Both the position numbers and the translations under genes were made by a program. A DNA stretch of 63,621 bases, the filler included, from Octopus bimaculoides (taxonomy: Eukaryota): NCBI RefSeq assembly GCF_001194135.2. It is 7 parts of 6 records of this genome, joined end to end, with 100 filler letters (N's around TTAATTAATTAA, not from the genome) between each part and the next. Parts side by side here need not be neighbours in the genome. Positions count along the whole stretch, not along the records: positions 1 to 30,570 come from NC_068986.1; positions 30,671 to 47,344 come from NC_069006.1; 5 more parts are not named here. The stretch is one strand, 5' to 3'. Positions 26,140-37,240 of this stretch are shown here, in pieces. The first letter of the stretch is position 1. Every line of letters begins with the position of its first letter. Under the pieces are notes generated by a model that searched no databases, was not told the DNA's origin, and saw nothing but the letters and a program-made list of their open reading frames with translations.

Positions 26140-26972
26140 GCATTACCGCACAGGAGCCATGCGTTTTTTGTGTAAGCAATGTCCCTTTACGATTGGCCAG
26201 TGATGAGCGTTTTTTCTACAAAGTTTTGTGCAGCGTTTCCAAATGGCTACAATACATCTCCGTATCAACCATTTCATTCGGGTCTAACACTTCTATATAA
26301 ATACAAAGAATACCCGTCATCAACCATCAAACACAGATCATAAGTTTTGGGGCTTGTTGTCTTGGTTTCGGAATGGATTCTTCTTTTCCATTGCGTGTTA
26401 ACCATTGTCGTTTCCCTTGGATATTATTATGGAGACCCCACATTTAATCACTTGTGATCGTTCTACCAAGGAAAGTATTGGTAGCAAGTCTATTCTACAA
26501 CCACTCTTTGATTTTAAGCTTTAATGCAGTCAAATGATGAGGGATCCACAGAAAAATTTCAAACATTTTCCTAGTTCATCAAGTTGTTTTATGATCGAAG
26601 TATGACTTGAACGATTTTGCTAATTCTCTTGTAGTTTGCTATGAATTTTTTCCAACTAAGGTTTTCAGTATCTCACTATTGTCAAAACTTGATCGCCCAA
26701 ATCTGGGAAAATCTGTGCAAGAAAAATTGTTCGAGCAAAACTGTAGATGGCATGTTCGAAGAGTTAAAGCTTCTGTTCCATAGACAAAACTAATATTTCT
26801 TGCCACTTCCGTTCCTGAAAACCCCCTTGTTTAAATTCGTTTAATATGCAAAGTCTATGGCATGAAGTAAGCTAGAAACGAAGAAACGAAATTAGTATTT
26901 TAAAATTAATGTCTATTTTACCGTGAATATTGATCATGTCCAAAATGCTACAGGACTTTCATTACAACCTAA
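26140..26972 (-). mobile_element. Degraded mariner element
   Basis: TTAGGTTGTAATGAAA-type end at 26972; decayed FKQG..EVARNI..VYG and KRSSLANRKG fragments. Confidence 0.6.
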
Positions 26973-27518
26973 CTCATTAAAATTAATTGATTACTTTATA
27001 ATTGGGTATAAATAACATTTTTGGCTGGGAGCCAGTGTTCATAAACTTTCAGAAAATATATGATTGGTGAAATAAAAACTGTTTCATGGATAAAGCTTGA
27101 ATACCTCTAAGAAAATGTCAGTAGAAAAAAATACGGATGCCTGTATTAGAACGGAAACGGCTGAAGGCCATGAAGAACCATATTCATATCTAAGATCGAG
27201 AGAGTTCTTAGCCTGCGAGACGTTAATCGGCCACTTCTTAAGCCTACGCCTATGTTTAATTACTTGCATCGTTATAGATTTTTATAGTTATATAATGTAT
27301 GCACATGTTAATTTGATATATAGCTATATATATATATACCTAAATAGCGACATTAAATATATTGTGATTTATGCTACTAAATATTCTAAATTTGCATTTG
27401 TCGCTATATCTATATCATATAAATATATATATTTTTTAGCAAATTAAACAATTTTATGTACAGATATCCATATGCAAAATATTTGTACCACGAAGACAAA
27501 ATCTAACGCATACACACT

Positions 27519-27552
<34 letters not shown>

Positions 27553-27676
27553 TACTCATACACATACATATACACATACATATACACATACACATGTATA
27601 CATCTGACTTTGAAAATGTAGACTATATGTCATTGATTTTCTATTTGTTCACACAAAAGTATTTAAATGAATATGA

Positions 27677-27724
<48 letters not shown>

Positions 27725-27973
27725 GTGTGTGTGTGTGCATATATGTATGCATACATGGGTGTGTGTATGTATGTATGTATGCGAAAAATTTTGAAATTAT
27801 TTTTAGCAATACCATTGCTAAAAATAGCAACATCTTTTAGTTTTTCACCTCTATTTTCTATATGAAGCTATTGGTCGTGTAATCATTTTCCTAAACATCA
27901 TTATCATCATATCAACATTACCACCACAGCTGCTGCCACCACCACCACTAGCACAACTACCAACATGATCGTT

Positions 27974-28029
<56 letters not shown>

Positions 28030-28074
28030 CATCACACTTATCTCCGTCTCCGGCAGTCTTAATCAGCGTTTCGA

Positions 28075-28310
28075 AGGCCGTGAGCTGGCAGAAACGTTAG
28101 AACGCCGGGCAAAATGCTTAGCGGTATTTCGTCTGCCGTTAGGTTCTGAGTTCAAATTCCGCTGAGGTCGACTTTGCCTTTCATCCCTTCGGTGGCGATA
28201 AATTAAGTACCAGTTATGCACTGGCGTCGATGTAATCGACTTAATCCCTTTGCCTGTCCTAATTTGTCCCCTCTATGTTTAGCCCCCTTGTGGACAATAA
28301 AGAAATAAGA
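28075..28310 (+). mobile_element. Abundant SINE family 2, representative copy
   Basis: gagctggcagaaacgttag...gagttcaaattccgc..ggtcgactttgcctttcatcc...gtaccagtt. Related copies at ~15287-15480, 28310-28510, 32620-32835(-), 36410-36575(-), 43295-43510, 44920-45240, 54430-54640, 54785-54965(-). Confidence 0.85.
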
Positions 28311-28936
28311 AACGTTAGCACGCAGGGCGAAATGCTTAGCCGGTATTTCATCCGTTTTTTCGTTCTGAGTTCAAATTCCGCCGTGGTCGACTTTGCCTTT
28401 TATCCTTTCGTGGTTAATATATTAAGTACCAATTGCATACTGGGGTCGATATAATCGACTGCCCCCTACCACCACCACCACCACCAAATTTCAGGCCTTA
28501 TGTCTATAGTAGAGAGGATTAAACAGTGCTGTCAGTGTATTTTATTTTATTGCTTTATGAAGGTTGGTTATGGGAATATTTTTTGATATTTTTTTCTTGG
28601 TGGGGTTGTTACCAAATATATGCTTCTGTTTTCAATGTAATTTGCTTCTTTAAAAATTTTTGATTATTTCTTCATTTTTCCATATTTAATTCCTTCTTTG
28701 ATAATTAGCGGTGTTTCCCATGTATTTACGATACTTGTCCACCGTTCTCCTCAATTTTCATCGCAAGACGTTTGTTTCCTTAATCTCATTTTAGTCATGG
28801 AATCGCTTAAACTAAATTATTTACCAAAGCCGCCAACTCCCACTTCGCCCTCTCTCACTTTATTTCTTTCTCTATAACTCCCTCTTTATCTCTTTCTCTA
28901 TCACACTTTCTTTCTCTCTCTCACACACACGCATGT

Positions 28937-28969
<33 letters not shown>

Positions 28970-29299
28970 ATCAATGTATCTACCTACCCATCTCTATTTC
29001 TCTCTCTATCATTGAAAGGATTAAAGATAGAGACCTTCCTCTTCGATCACGCCATCACCGAATTTTTAATGTTTTATTTGGAAGGGAAAGTGAAAGTAAA
29101 AGTTGAGAGGAAAGTGCTCTCTCGCAGTGAATTTATAGAAAGAGTCGCAAAAGTGAGGAATTCTGTACGTAATTTGCATTATTTACATTGGCCGGGTATG
29201 TGTCCGCATCTTGCTTGTTGTTACCACAACGTTTCGGCTGTCCTGGTACAATTTTGAATCCAATCCTGGGATCACAAACATAAGGTACTTTTTGGCTCC

Positions 29300-29342
<43 letters not shown>

Positions 29343-29479
29343 GCTATTATTATTATTATTATTATTATTACTATTGTTCAGTAGTTTCATTTTTATAACG
29401 TGCTTTCACTTCACTACCGAGCGCAGCTCTGTGCGCCTTGGGTATGTGCTGTGGTTTGCTGTGGTGCTCTTATTATTAC

Positions 29480-29527
<48 letters not shown>

Positions 29528-29701
29528 CATTATTATTATTATTTATTGAAGGCACTGTCTGGAATTGAACTCGCAATGTTGGAGTAAGTAGCCCGCGCTC
29601 TTTTAACCATTACGCTATATACCCGTGTGCAAATAATAATAACACCAGCAAAAAAATACCGTAGGAATGAGAACCCTGGGTTGGGCTCAAAATTCTACCA
29701 G

Positions 29702-29747
29702 GATACCTGATGAAGGCTGGAGAGTAAATCAGCCGAAACGTTGTGGT
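29702..29747 (+). ncRNA. Minimal type I hammerhead ribozyme (family A), intact core
   Basis: TAC-CTGATGA-A-GGCTG(GAGAGTAAAT)CAGCC-GAAA-CG-TT-GTG: extra A after A9, 5-bp stem II, palindromic AACGTT stem III, GUU triplet, short stem I. Confidence 0.65.
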
Positions 29748-30155
29748 AACAACAAGCAAGATGCGGACACATATCCGTCCAATGTAAATAATGTAAATAA
29801 TGTAGTTAGAGTGAATGGCCCTACTCTAAGCACGCTCCTGTAAATTGGAGAACAATAGTTATGCACAGACTTTGTGCTCTTGATGGTTTTAATTATCCTA
29901 ACCCTATCGTTCCCGTTGCTTTACTTACCGGGAGGTTTTCTTGCATCAGGAGAATTATATCATAGATGTATGCATATATTTTGTATGTTATTCACAATAT
30001 ATATACATTTATTTAATTTCCTCTTTCTCCCCCATCTCATCAGTTATTTATACCCCACCACTCATTTAGATTGTAAATTTTGTAATGTCCCCAACATTGA
30101 GCTGCAACAAGTAGCCATAGCTGCCAAGGAACCGCCTAAGTATCCTAGTTATCCC

Positions 30156-30229
<74 letters not shown>

Positions 30230-30742
30230 GAAAGCATTACTCTTCGGTCAAGCACTCATCTCATTTTTCAAGTTCTACTTAGAAAGGAAATTAATGTGGG
30301 GAAGTGTAAACGGAAGTGCTCTCCTTTAGTGACTGAGGCGAAAATGGTTAGAGCGAACTTGGAACTACTCTAAGCAGGCGCCTGTCAATTGAATAGAGAA
30401 ATTAGTTCTAAGAGGGCACGTGCCTAAGTAAATAGATTGGTCTTGGATCCGTAGGGCTCTTTGATTAGCCACATTTGGACGCTCCCTGGTACCAGGAGGA
30501 CTACCTCATTTCTGTATTCACGCGTTTTTTTCATTATAAATGGTCAGGATCTTATTTCTCCCTCTCTCTCNNNNNNNNNNNNNNNNNNNNNNNNNNNNNN
30601 NNNNNNNNNNNNNNTTAATTAATTAANNNNNNNNNNNNNNNNNNNNNNNNNNNNNNNNNNNNNNNNNNNNTATATATATGTGTATATATATATATATATA
30701 TGTGTATATATATATATATATATGTGTATATATATATATATG

Positions 30743-30783
<41 letters not shown>

Positions 30784-30904
30784 CACACATATAAATAGAT
30801 GCATGGATAAAATAAATTCCAGAATCCAAGGTCGCTGAGGGAAGCTGGATAGGTAAGTAAAAGAAAAAAATTATCAAAAAAAAACTATCAAATATATATA
30901 TGTA

Positions 30905-30946
<42 letters not shown>

Positions 30947-31844
30947 ATATATATATCATATAGCAGATAAATATAATAACTGTTCCATGCCGAAGTTTTA
31001 GGGCAAACGGATCAGTCAGTCTTCAGATGAAAATGACTTGAGTGTTGGGTTTTCTCTCTCTCAAATCAAATCCATCTTGTGAAGTAGTTATATTTATTTT
31101 ACTATATTATAATGAATATATTCAGTCTACACAATGTATTTTGTTTGAGAAACAACTTCTTACGAATTACTATATAATATAATAGAATATAATATAATAG
31201 AAATTTATATATAATATATATATATATATATATCTAAATGATATAATACATATATTTTATATATAAAATACATATAAACACAATATATATATATATATGT
31301 ATATAATATATATATATAGATTTTGAAAAACAATTATTAAAGAAAAACAACTATTTTCTATTTTTATATTCCAAAGAAAATTATTTTCTCTCTCTTTCTC
31401 TCTCACACACACACACACACATATGCCCATGAAAAGAAAAAAAAAAGTTTCTTTCATCAAAAATTCATATTACAACAACAGCAACAACAAAAACAACAAC
31501 AAAAGGACATTCCAGGGTTATTTTAATACAAACACTGAAAATCCCTGAGAGGTTTTTTTATTTTTGTTAAATGTATTTATTAATGTATTTGTGGGAGAAC
31601 GAGAAGGAGAAGTAGGAGCAGATGTAACCAGTCACACACGCTATATAAAGAATTATCAGCACCACTCCGCCACCATCAAAATGCCCTCAAATTGTTAGGT
31701 TAGTGTGTATGTATGGATAAGCTTGTGTGTGTGTGTGTGTGTGTTACATACATTCTTATTTGTTTATTTTATTTTATTTTACACATTTCAGTCATTTGTC
31801 TGTGGCCATGTTGGAGCACCACATTAAAGGGTTTTATTCTAAGA

Positions 31845-32120
31845 CAGGGGTTTTCAAACTGTGGTCTGCAAGGACAAGACAGTGGGGTCTGTGGACAGCA
31901 AATACTTTTTATGGGCAATTTGATTTTATATATGTTTTTTAATCGAAATCTTTTAATTGGCAATAAACCTATTTGTTAAATACTGTTAAGTAAATAAATG
32001 TAAAAATATATGTTATTTTAAGCAAATATTTATGTATAAATTTCATAAGCGTTTATAAGGGGCTAAGGTAAAGCCTGAAATATAAAGGGGTCCGCAAGTC
32101 AAAAAGTTTGAAAACCCCTG
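31845..32120. mobile_element. hAT/Charlie-like MITE inserted in a SINE
   Basis: 16-bp TIR CAGGGGTTTTCAAACT; degenerate 8-bp TSD ttctaaga/gtcaaaga; SINE sequence resumes on both sides. Confidence 0.8.
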
Positions 32121-33562
32121 GTCAAAGAAATCGACCCCAGGACTTATTTTTTGTAAACCTAGTACTTATTCTATTGATCTCTTTTGCCATTTAGAATTTT
32201 ATAGACACACACACACACACGTGTGTTGTGTTTGTATGTATTTGACTGTGTGTATGTACAGATTAATTTGTGTGTGTTTTGCTTTATATGAATGGATGGT
32301 GGGTTCATAGCAGTTTTAATTAATATGTAGCTAAACAGTGGGAAAACAGCGATAAAGGAGAACTAGAAAAGGGTTCTGCTACTGATGAGAAAGACAAGAT
32401 ATAATCAAGAGGTGAGAGAGAGACGGAGGGAGGAATTGATGGAAAAGAGACTAGGTAAACTGACAAAGAAAGGGGACAAGGAGAAGACAGATTAAAAAGG
32501 TTACAAAAGAGATTAAAAAAAGGGAATATCAGAGACTGGTATGAAAGAGGTGTAAAAAACACAGAAGCGAAAGATGTTGAAAAATGGAGGTAGAGGTGAG
32601 AGAGGCTAAAATAATAATAATAATCTTTTCTACTCTAGGCACAAGGCCCAAAATTTTGGGGGAGGGGGGCTAGTAGATAAGACTGACCTCAGTATGCAAC
32701 TGGTACTTAATTTATCGACCCTGAAAAGGATGAAAGGCGAAGTCGACCTTGGCGGAATTTGAACTCAGAACATAACAACAGACGAAATACTACTAAGCAT
32801 TTCGCCTGGCGTGTTAACGATTCTGCCAGCGCACTGGGCAATCTTTTATGAGAAGTGGGGGCACGTGAGACATGGTTTATCATCAAGCAAGTCACACTAC
32901 GGAAAAAATTGAAAGTAATTTTTCATTAGGTGTACCATTCAGAAAGTCCCACAGGCTATGGGTTGTCCGTGACTGTTCTAGGGTAAGACAGCATGGCAGC
33001 CTACCGACTGATGATGTCTTCTGTTCTCCTAACAAGCCACGATAGGACTGGAAATCAGTACTGTGGTGTCCGTCCATCAATAAAACACTCGTTAATCAAC
33101 AACTCTATGCAGTGCTCCCACAAACTTACTGATGTAAGTAGTTTTGGTAGAAGAAGAACAAATGTAAATGCTCAAAGTTTTAAGTTACCAAAGAAAAAAA
33201 AAAAAAAAGAAATTTTAAAAAATGTTTTTTTTTTTTGATTAATTTGATTGAGAAAAAACAACAAAAACATTAAAGATTAAAAAAATCTTCCAGCCCCTTC
33301 CCCCTGCCTAGCATCCATACAACCTGTTCACACCTTCCTTCATCAATGGATATGCTAATTAGTATGTTAACAAAGAAAAAACAAATAGAAAATAGAAAAA
33401 ACAACAACAAACAAAACAACATGCAAAAAAAAAAACAAAAACAAAAATCATAGTTTCTGTCTGTCTGTTCGTCTCCACTCCACTCTCAGTTGAGGATGGA
33501 TTTGAACTTTTGTTTAATGGGGGAGCGAGATGTTTTTATATGCCACAGTTAAAAGCAATTTG

Positions 33563-34899
33563 TCACGATGCTATTGAGAGAAGAGTGGGTCCGATGCTGG
33601 ACAAACGTGGTATATTAGTCGACGTACAACAGGGGGTGGGTAACATTTGAGACATGGCAGTTTGCATCTGCAATGCCACGGCAGCAGCAGCAACAACAGC
33701 ATCCGGAGAAAATTTCAGGAGGAGGCGTTTGACAGCGTCACCAGACAAAGCACTGGTCCCTACTGTTTGGTGGTGTTTACGGCAGAGCACATGATAATCG
33801 AATGGAGTAGTAGTAGTAGTAGCAGCAGCGGTAGCTGGTTGTGGGTATATTTCTGAAAGCAGTAGTGAAGATGGGTGCTGGCCCAAAGTCAGCACAGTTT
33901 TCCCTCTGCCAGCAACCAAAGTTTCCATCAAACACAGAGAACACATATTGCGGAGGTTAGGCAATTTTAACAAAGAAGTTAGACAGTCAGGAAGTTTCAG
34001 ATGGAAAGAACTTAAAAGGTTGTGTTTCTGAGCAAAAGCTAGGCATCGATACGAAAGCTGAATGTTCCGCCACAAAGCAACATCGTCCCACCATTGGCTG
34101 AGGGGATTCCTCAGAGAAACATAACCATTTGAATATATGGAACTTGAGTGTCGAGGGTTTGATTTTGAACAGGTGCTCAAGCAAACATCACCGGACATTC
34201 GACACCTCAGTAGACTATTATTTTCCCCGCGACTCTTCAAACAACTACAGACTGGCTGCTGATTGGAGAACTTCATCAGAGACGAACATAAACTGGAACT
34301 TTGCGAAGAATCTGCAAGGTCTGCTGAATTCTCGAAAGTTTTCTCGTGTTTGCCATCGGAAGAACTGGCAGTACTTTCCCTCTGCGAGCGACTCACTACC
34401 ACCTTAGTATTGCTGTCGTATTTTGATTCCGATTCGTGAGTCATGCAACCGTTAGAATCTGTTGGATTCCCACACTGCTGATGTTGCTGCCTCTGCTGTT
34501 GCTGTGGAGAAGACGAAGCAGCTGATGCATCGCAGTTGCTGCCCCACATCGGGGAGTCATTCGGATTTTCATCATGCTTCTGATTCTCCCCGTTTTCCCT
34601 AACAGCATGGTTGAAGGCAGAATGTGGATCAGACAGCTCTTCCTTGAAAAACACCACGATCACCGATATGTTGTCTTTGGAGCCGTTCTCCCTCGCAGAC
34701 TTGATCAAGCTCTCGGCCACGGTCGAGAACTGACCGTTGTTTTTTTGCACGTGATTGTAAACCAGATAGGGCAACTTCTTTTTTTCGAGGTAGTCCCATG
34801 CACCGTCGCACGCCAGCATCAAGTAATCTTCGGACCCGTTCATTTCATATGTAATCACATCAGCATCACTGCTAATACACGGCTTCTGGTCAGCATCAC
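33563..34899 (-). CDS. PPM1E: PPM1E/PPM1F-family PP2C phosphatase, last coding exon (catalytic C-terminus plus long tail)
   Basis: Acceptor ttcttgaacacag|GTGATGCT (phase 1). Encodes GDADQKPCISSDAD...EDYLMLACDGAWD...ARENGSKDNISVIVVFF, matching PP2C metal-ligand motifs and the PPM1E/F C-terminal domain. Frame open to TGA at 33565-33563. PPM1E versus PPM1F cannot be resolved by eye. Confidence 0.93.
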
Positions 34900-35494
34900 C
34901 TGTGTTCAAGAAGAAAAAACAACGTAAGTTTATCACAAAAGTTTAAAAAAAAAAAAAAAAGTGTTAGTTTGTGGAAAAATCTTTAGAAAAAGGAACCATC
35001 AACATCATCATAACCACAACCACCACGACCATCATCTAACCCTTTAACATTTCACTTAAAGTGGGGGTAAGTTGTGGAAGAAGGGAGACCCAGGAAGACA
35101 CGGAATGAAGTATTGAAGGCCGATGAAAAAATTACTAAAGCAAGCAGAGTTATGTCCCTTGCCTCAAAAGACACCTGCAATGGTTTATAGCATTAATTGT
35201 CGAAGTAATCGACACACAGCATTCTGTAAGAATGGTTTATATGGTGTATACAGTATATACAGACAGCAGTATTTAAGAAAGCATGAGAATCAGGTATGCT
35301 ACACTGGAGATGGATCTTTTCAAAAATTGTTCCAACCACTTGAAAGATGTCAAATTTTCACCAGGATTTAAAAAAAATCTACTTTAATGTAGTTTTGCAT
35401 GCTGATAACGGAAAGCATATTAATATATTTTTTTTCTAGAAATTAATAAGAAAAAATGTTCAGAGGTGGGTGTGTGGTAAAATTGTCAACCTAC

Positions 35495-35591
35495 CAATTG
35501 CCCTTGATACGGAGATGTTACCATTAACACGGCTGATACCACTTACAAGAAGTACAATGCCACCAAGATCTTCAATTCGTTTCTTTTCATC
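35495..35591 (-). CDS. PPM1E: PPM1E-like internal exon (DEKKRIEDLGG...RVNGNISVSRAIG)
   Basis: tcttttcag|GATGAA ... GCAATTG|gtaggt; 97 nt, phase 0 in and phase 1 out, fitting both neighbours. Too short for the ORF track; translated by hand. Confidence 0.93.
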
Positions 35592-36622
35592 CTGAAAAGA
35601 CATTTATATATATTATAAAAAAATTAAAAAATATTAATTAGAGACATAAGGCACATGGTAAGAAGTGGCTGTACGGTGAGAGGTTTGCCTCCCAAACAGA
35701 TGGTTCCGGGTTCAGTCTCACTGCATGGAACCTTGGGCAAGTGTCTCCTATTATAGCTTGAAGCTGACCAAAGCCTTGTGAGTGGATTTGGTAGATGGAA
35801 ACTGAAAGTAGCCTTTCACTAAAAGTTCTTCAAGGTGATGCCCCAGCATGGCCACAGTCTAATGACTGAAACCAGTAAAAGATAAAAGAGAACCATAGAA
35901 AGTTGCTAGAGTCTGAAAATGACTAAAAAAAGTAATCTCATGAAGATTGATGATGACTGATGGTGACTGATGGGAGAAGGATGCAGTTTTTTTTTTATAC
36001 TCACAGGCACAGTGTGGTGTGTGGTAAGGAGCTAGATTCTCAACCACATGCTTCCAGGTTCAGTCCCACTGCATGGGACCTCGGGTATGTGTCTTCTACT
36101 CTAGGCTTGTGCCAACGAAAGCTTTGTGAGTGGATTTAGTAGATGGAAACTGAAAGAAGCCCATCTTATATGCATGTGTGTGTGTCTTTGTCTCCTGCTA
36201 CCACTTGACAACTGGTGTTTGATGTGTTAACATCCCCATAACTTAGCGGTTTGACAAAAGAGACTGATAGAATAAGTACCAGGCTTAAAAAAATTTTTTA
36301 AATACTGGGTGTCAATTCATTCAACTGAAAATTCTTCAAGGTAGTGCCCCAGCATGGTCACAGTTGAATGACTGAAACAAGTAAAATGTAAAAAATAAAT
36401 GATGACTAGGAGTAGTCAAGTCGATCACACTGACCCCCAGTACTCTACTGGTACTGATTTTATCGACCCCCGAAAGGAATAAAGAGAAAGTCTGACTCGG
36501 TGGAATTTGAATTCAGAACGTAAGTATAGGAGAAATGCCTCGAATCATTTCGCCCAGTATGCTAACGATGCTAACGAGTAGTTAAAATAGATCGTATATA
36601 TTATAGTTGCTACTAGTCTTAC

Positions 36623-36766
36623 CTGCCTGGCTGGTGTGTGGGGCATTGTCATGTCTATCACCTGACTGTTGCGTACCAGCACAGCTTGAGAGTCACCCAA
36701 CCAGCTGACATAGATGGTTGACCCCCGAATCAGTGCTGTTATACCTGTGGAGCCACTTTTCAGCTT
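36623..36766 (-). CDS. PPM1E: PPM1E-like internal exon (KLKSGSTG...SWLGDSQAVLVR...HTPARQ)
   Basis: tatttgcag|AAGCTG ... AGGCAG|gtaaga; 144 nt, phase 0/0; SGST and WLGDSQ motifs. Confidence 0.95.
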
Positions 36767-36929
36767 CTGCAAATATAAATTATTAGCATGAAGTTATTTA
36801 CGACAACAAGAACAACAACAACAACAACAATATAAACATTTTTCTGCCTGTATGTCTCTCTGTCACATTCTAATCTTGTGTCATCTGACACAAGATCACC
36901 TCCTCCAATGACCCCCACCCCTCTCAAAA

Positions 36930-37240
36930 TTCCTTGTCTTGCAAAGTTACTTGATGACCCTGCCAGTGCAGGTATCACATGAAAAAGTATCCATTCTACA
37001 TTGTGAAGTGGTTGGCATTTGGAAGGGCATCCAGCTGTATGAAAACCATGCCAGAACTGACCTCGTCTGCGCTGGTGCCTTGTAAAAAGCACTCAGTCCA
37101 CTCTGCGGGGTGGTTGGTGTTAGGAAGGGCATCCAACCGTGCCAAAACAGACACAGTAACCTGGTGTAGTTTTCTACCTGGGCAGCTCTTGTCAAACCAT
37201 CCAACCCATGGGAGACAGACATTAAATGATGATGATGATA
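36930..37240 (+). mobile_element. RTE LINE 3' UTR fragment
   Basis: Shares tggttggygttaggaagggcatcc and ccaacccatg...(GAT)n with the reverse complement of 50171-50361. Confidence 0.6.

Noticed and set aside
34574-34927. Plus-strand ORFs overlapping the last PPM1E exon (also 34129-34407 and 33647-33856)
   Set aside because: Antisense shadows of the real coding frame.
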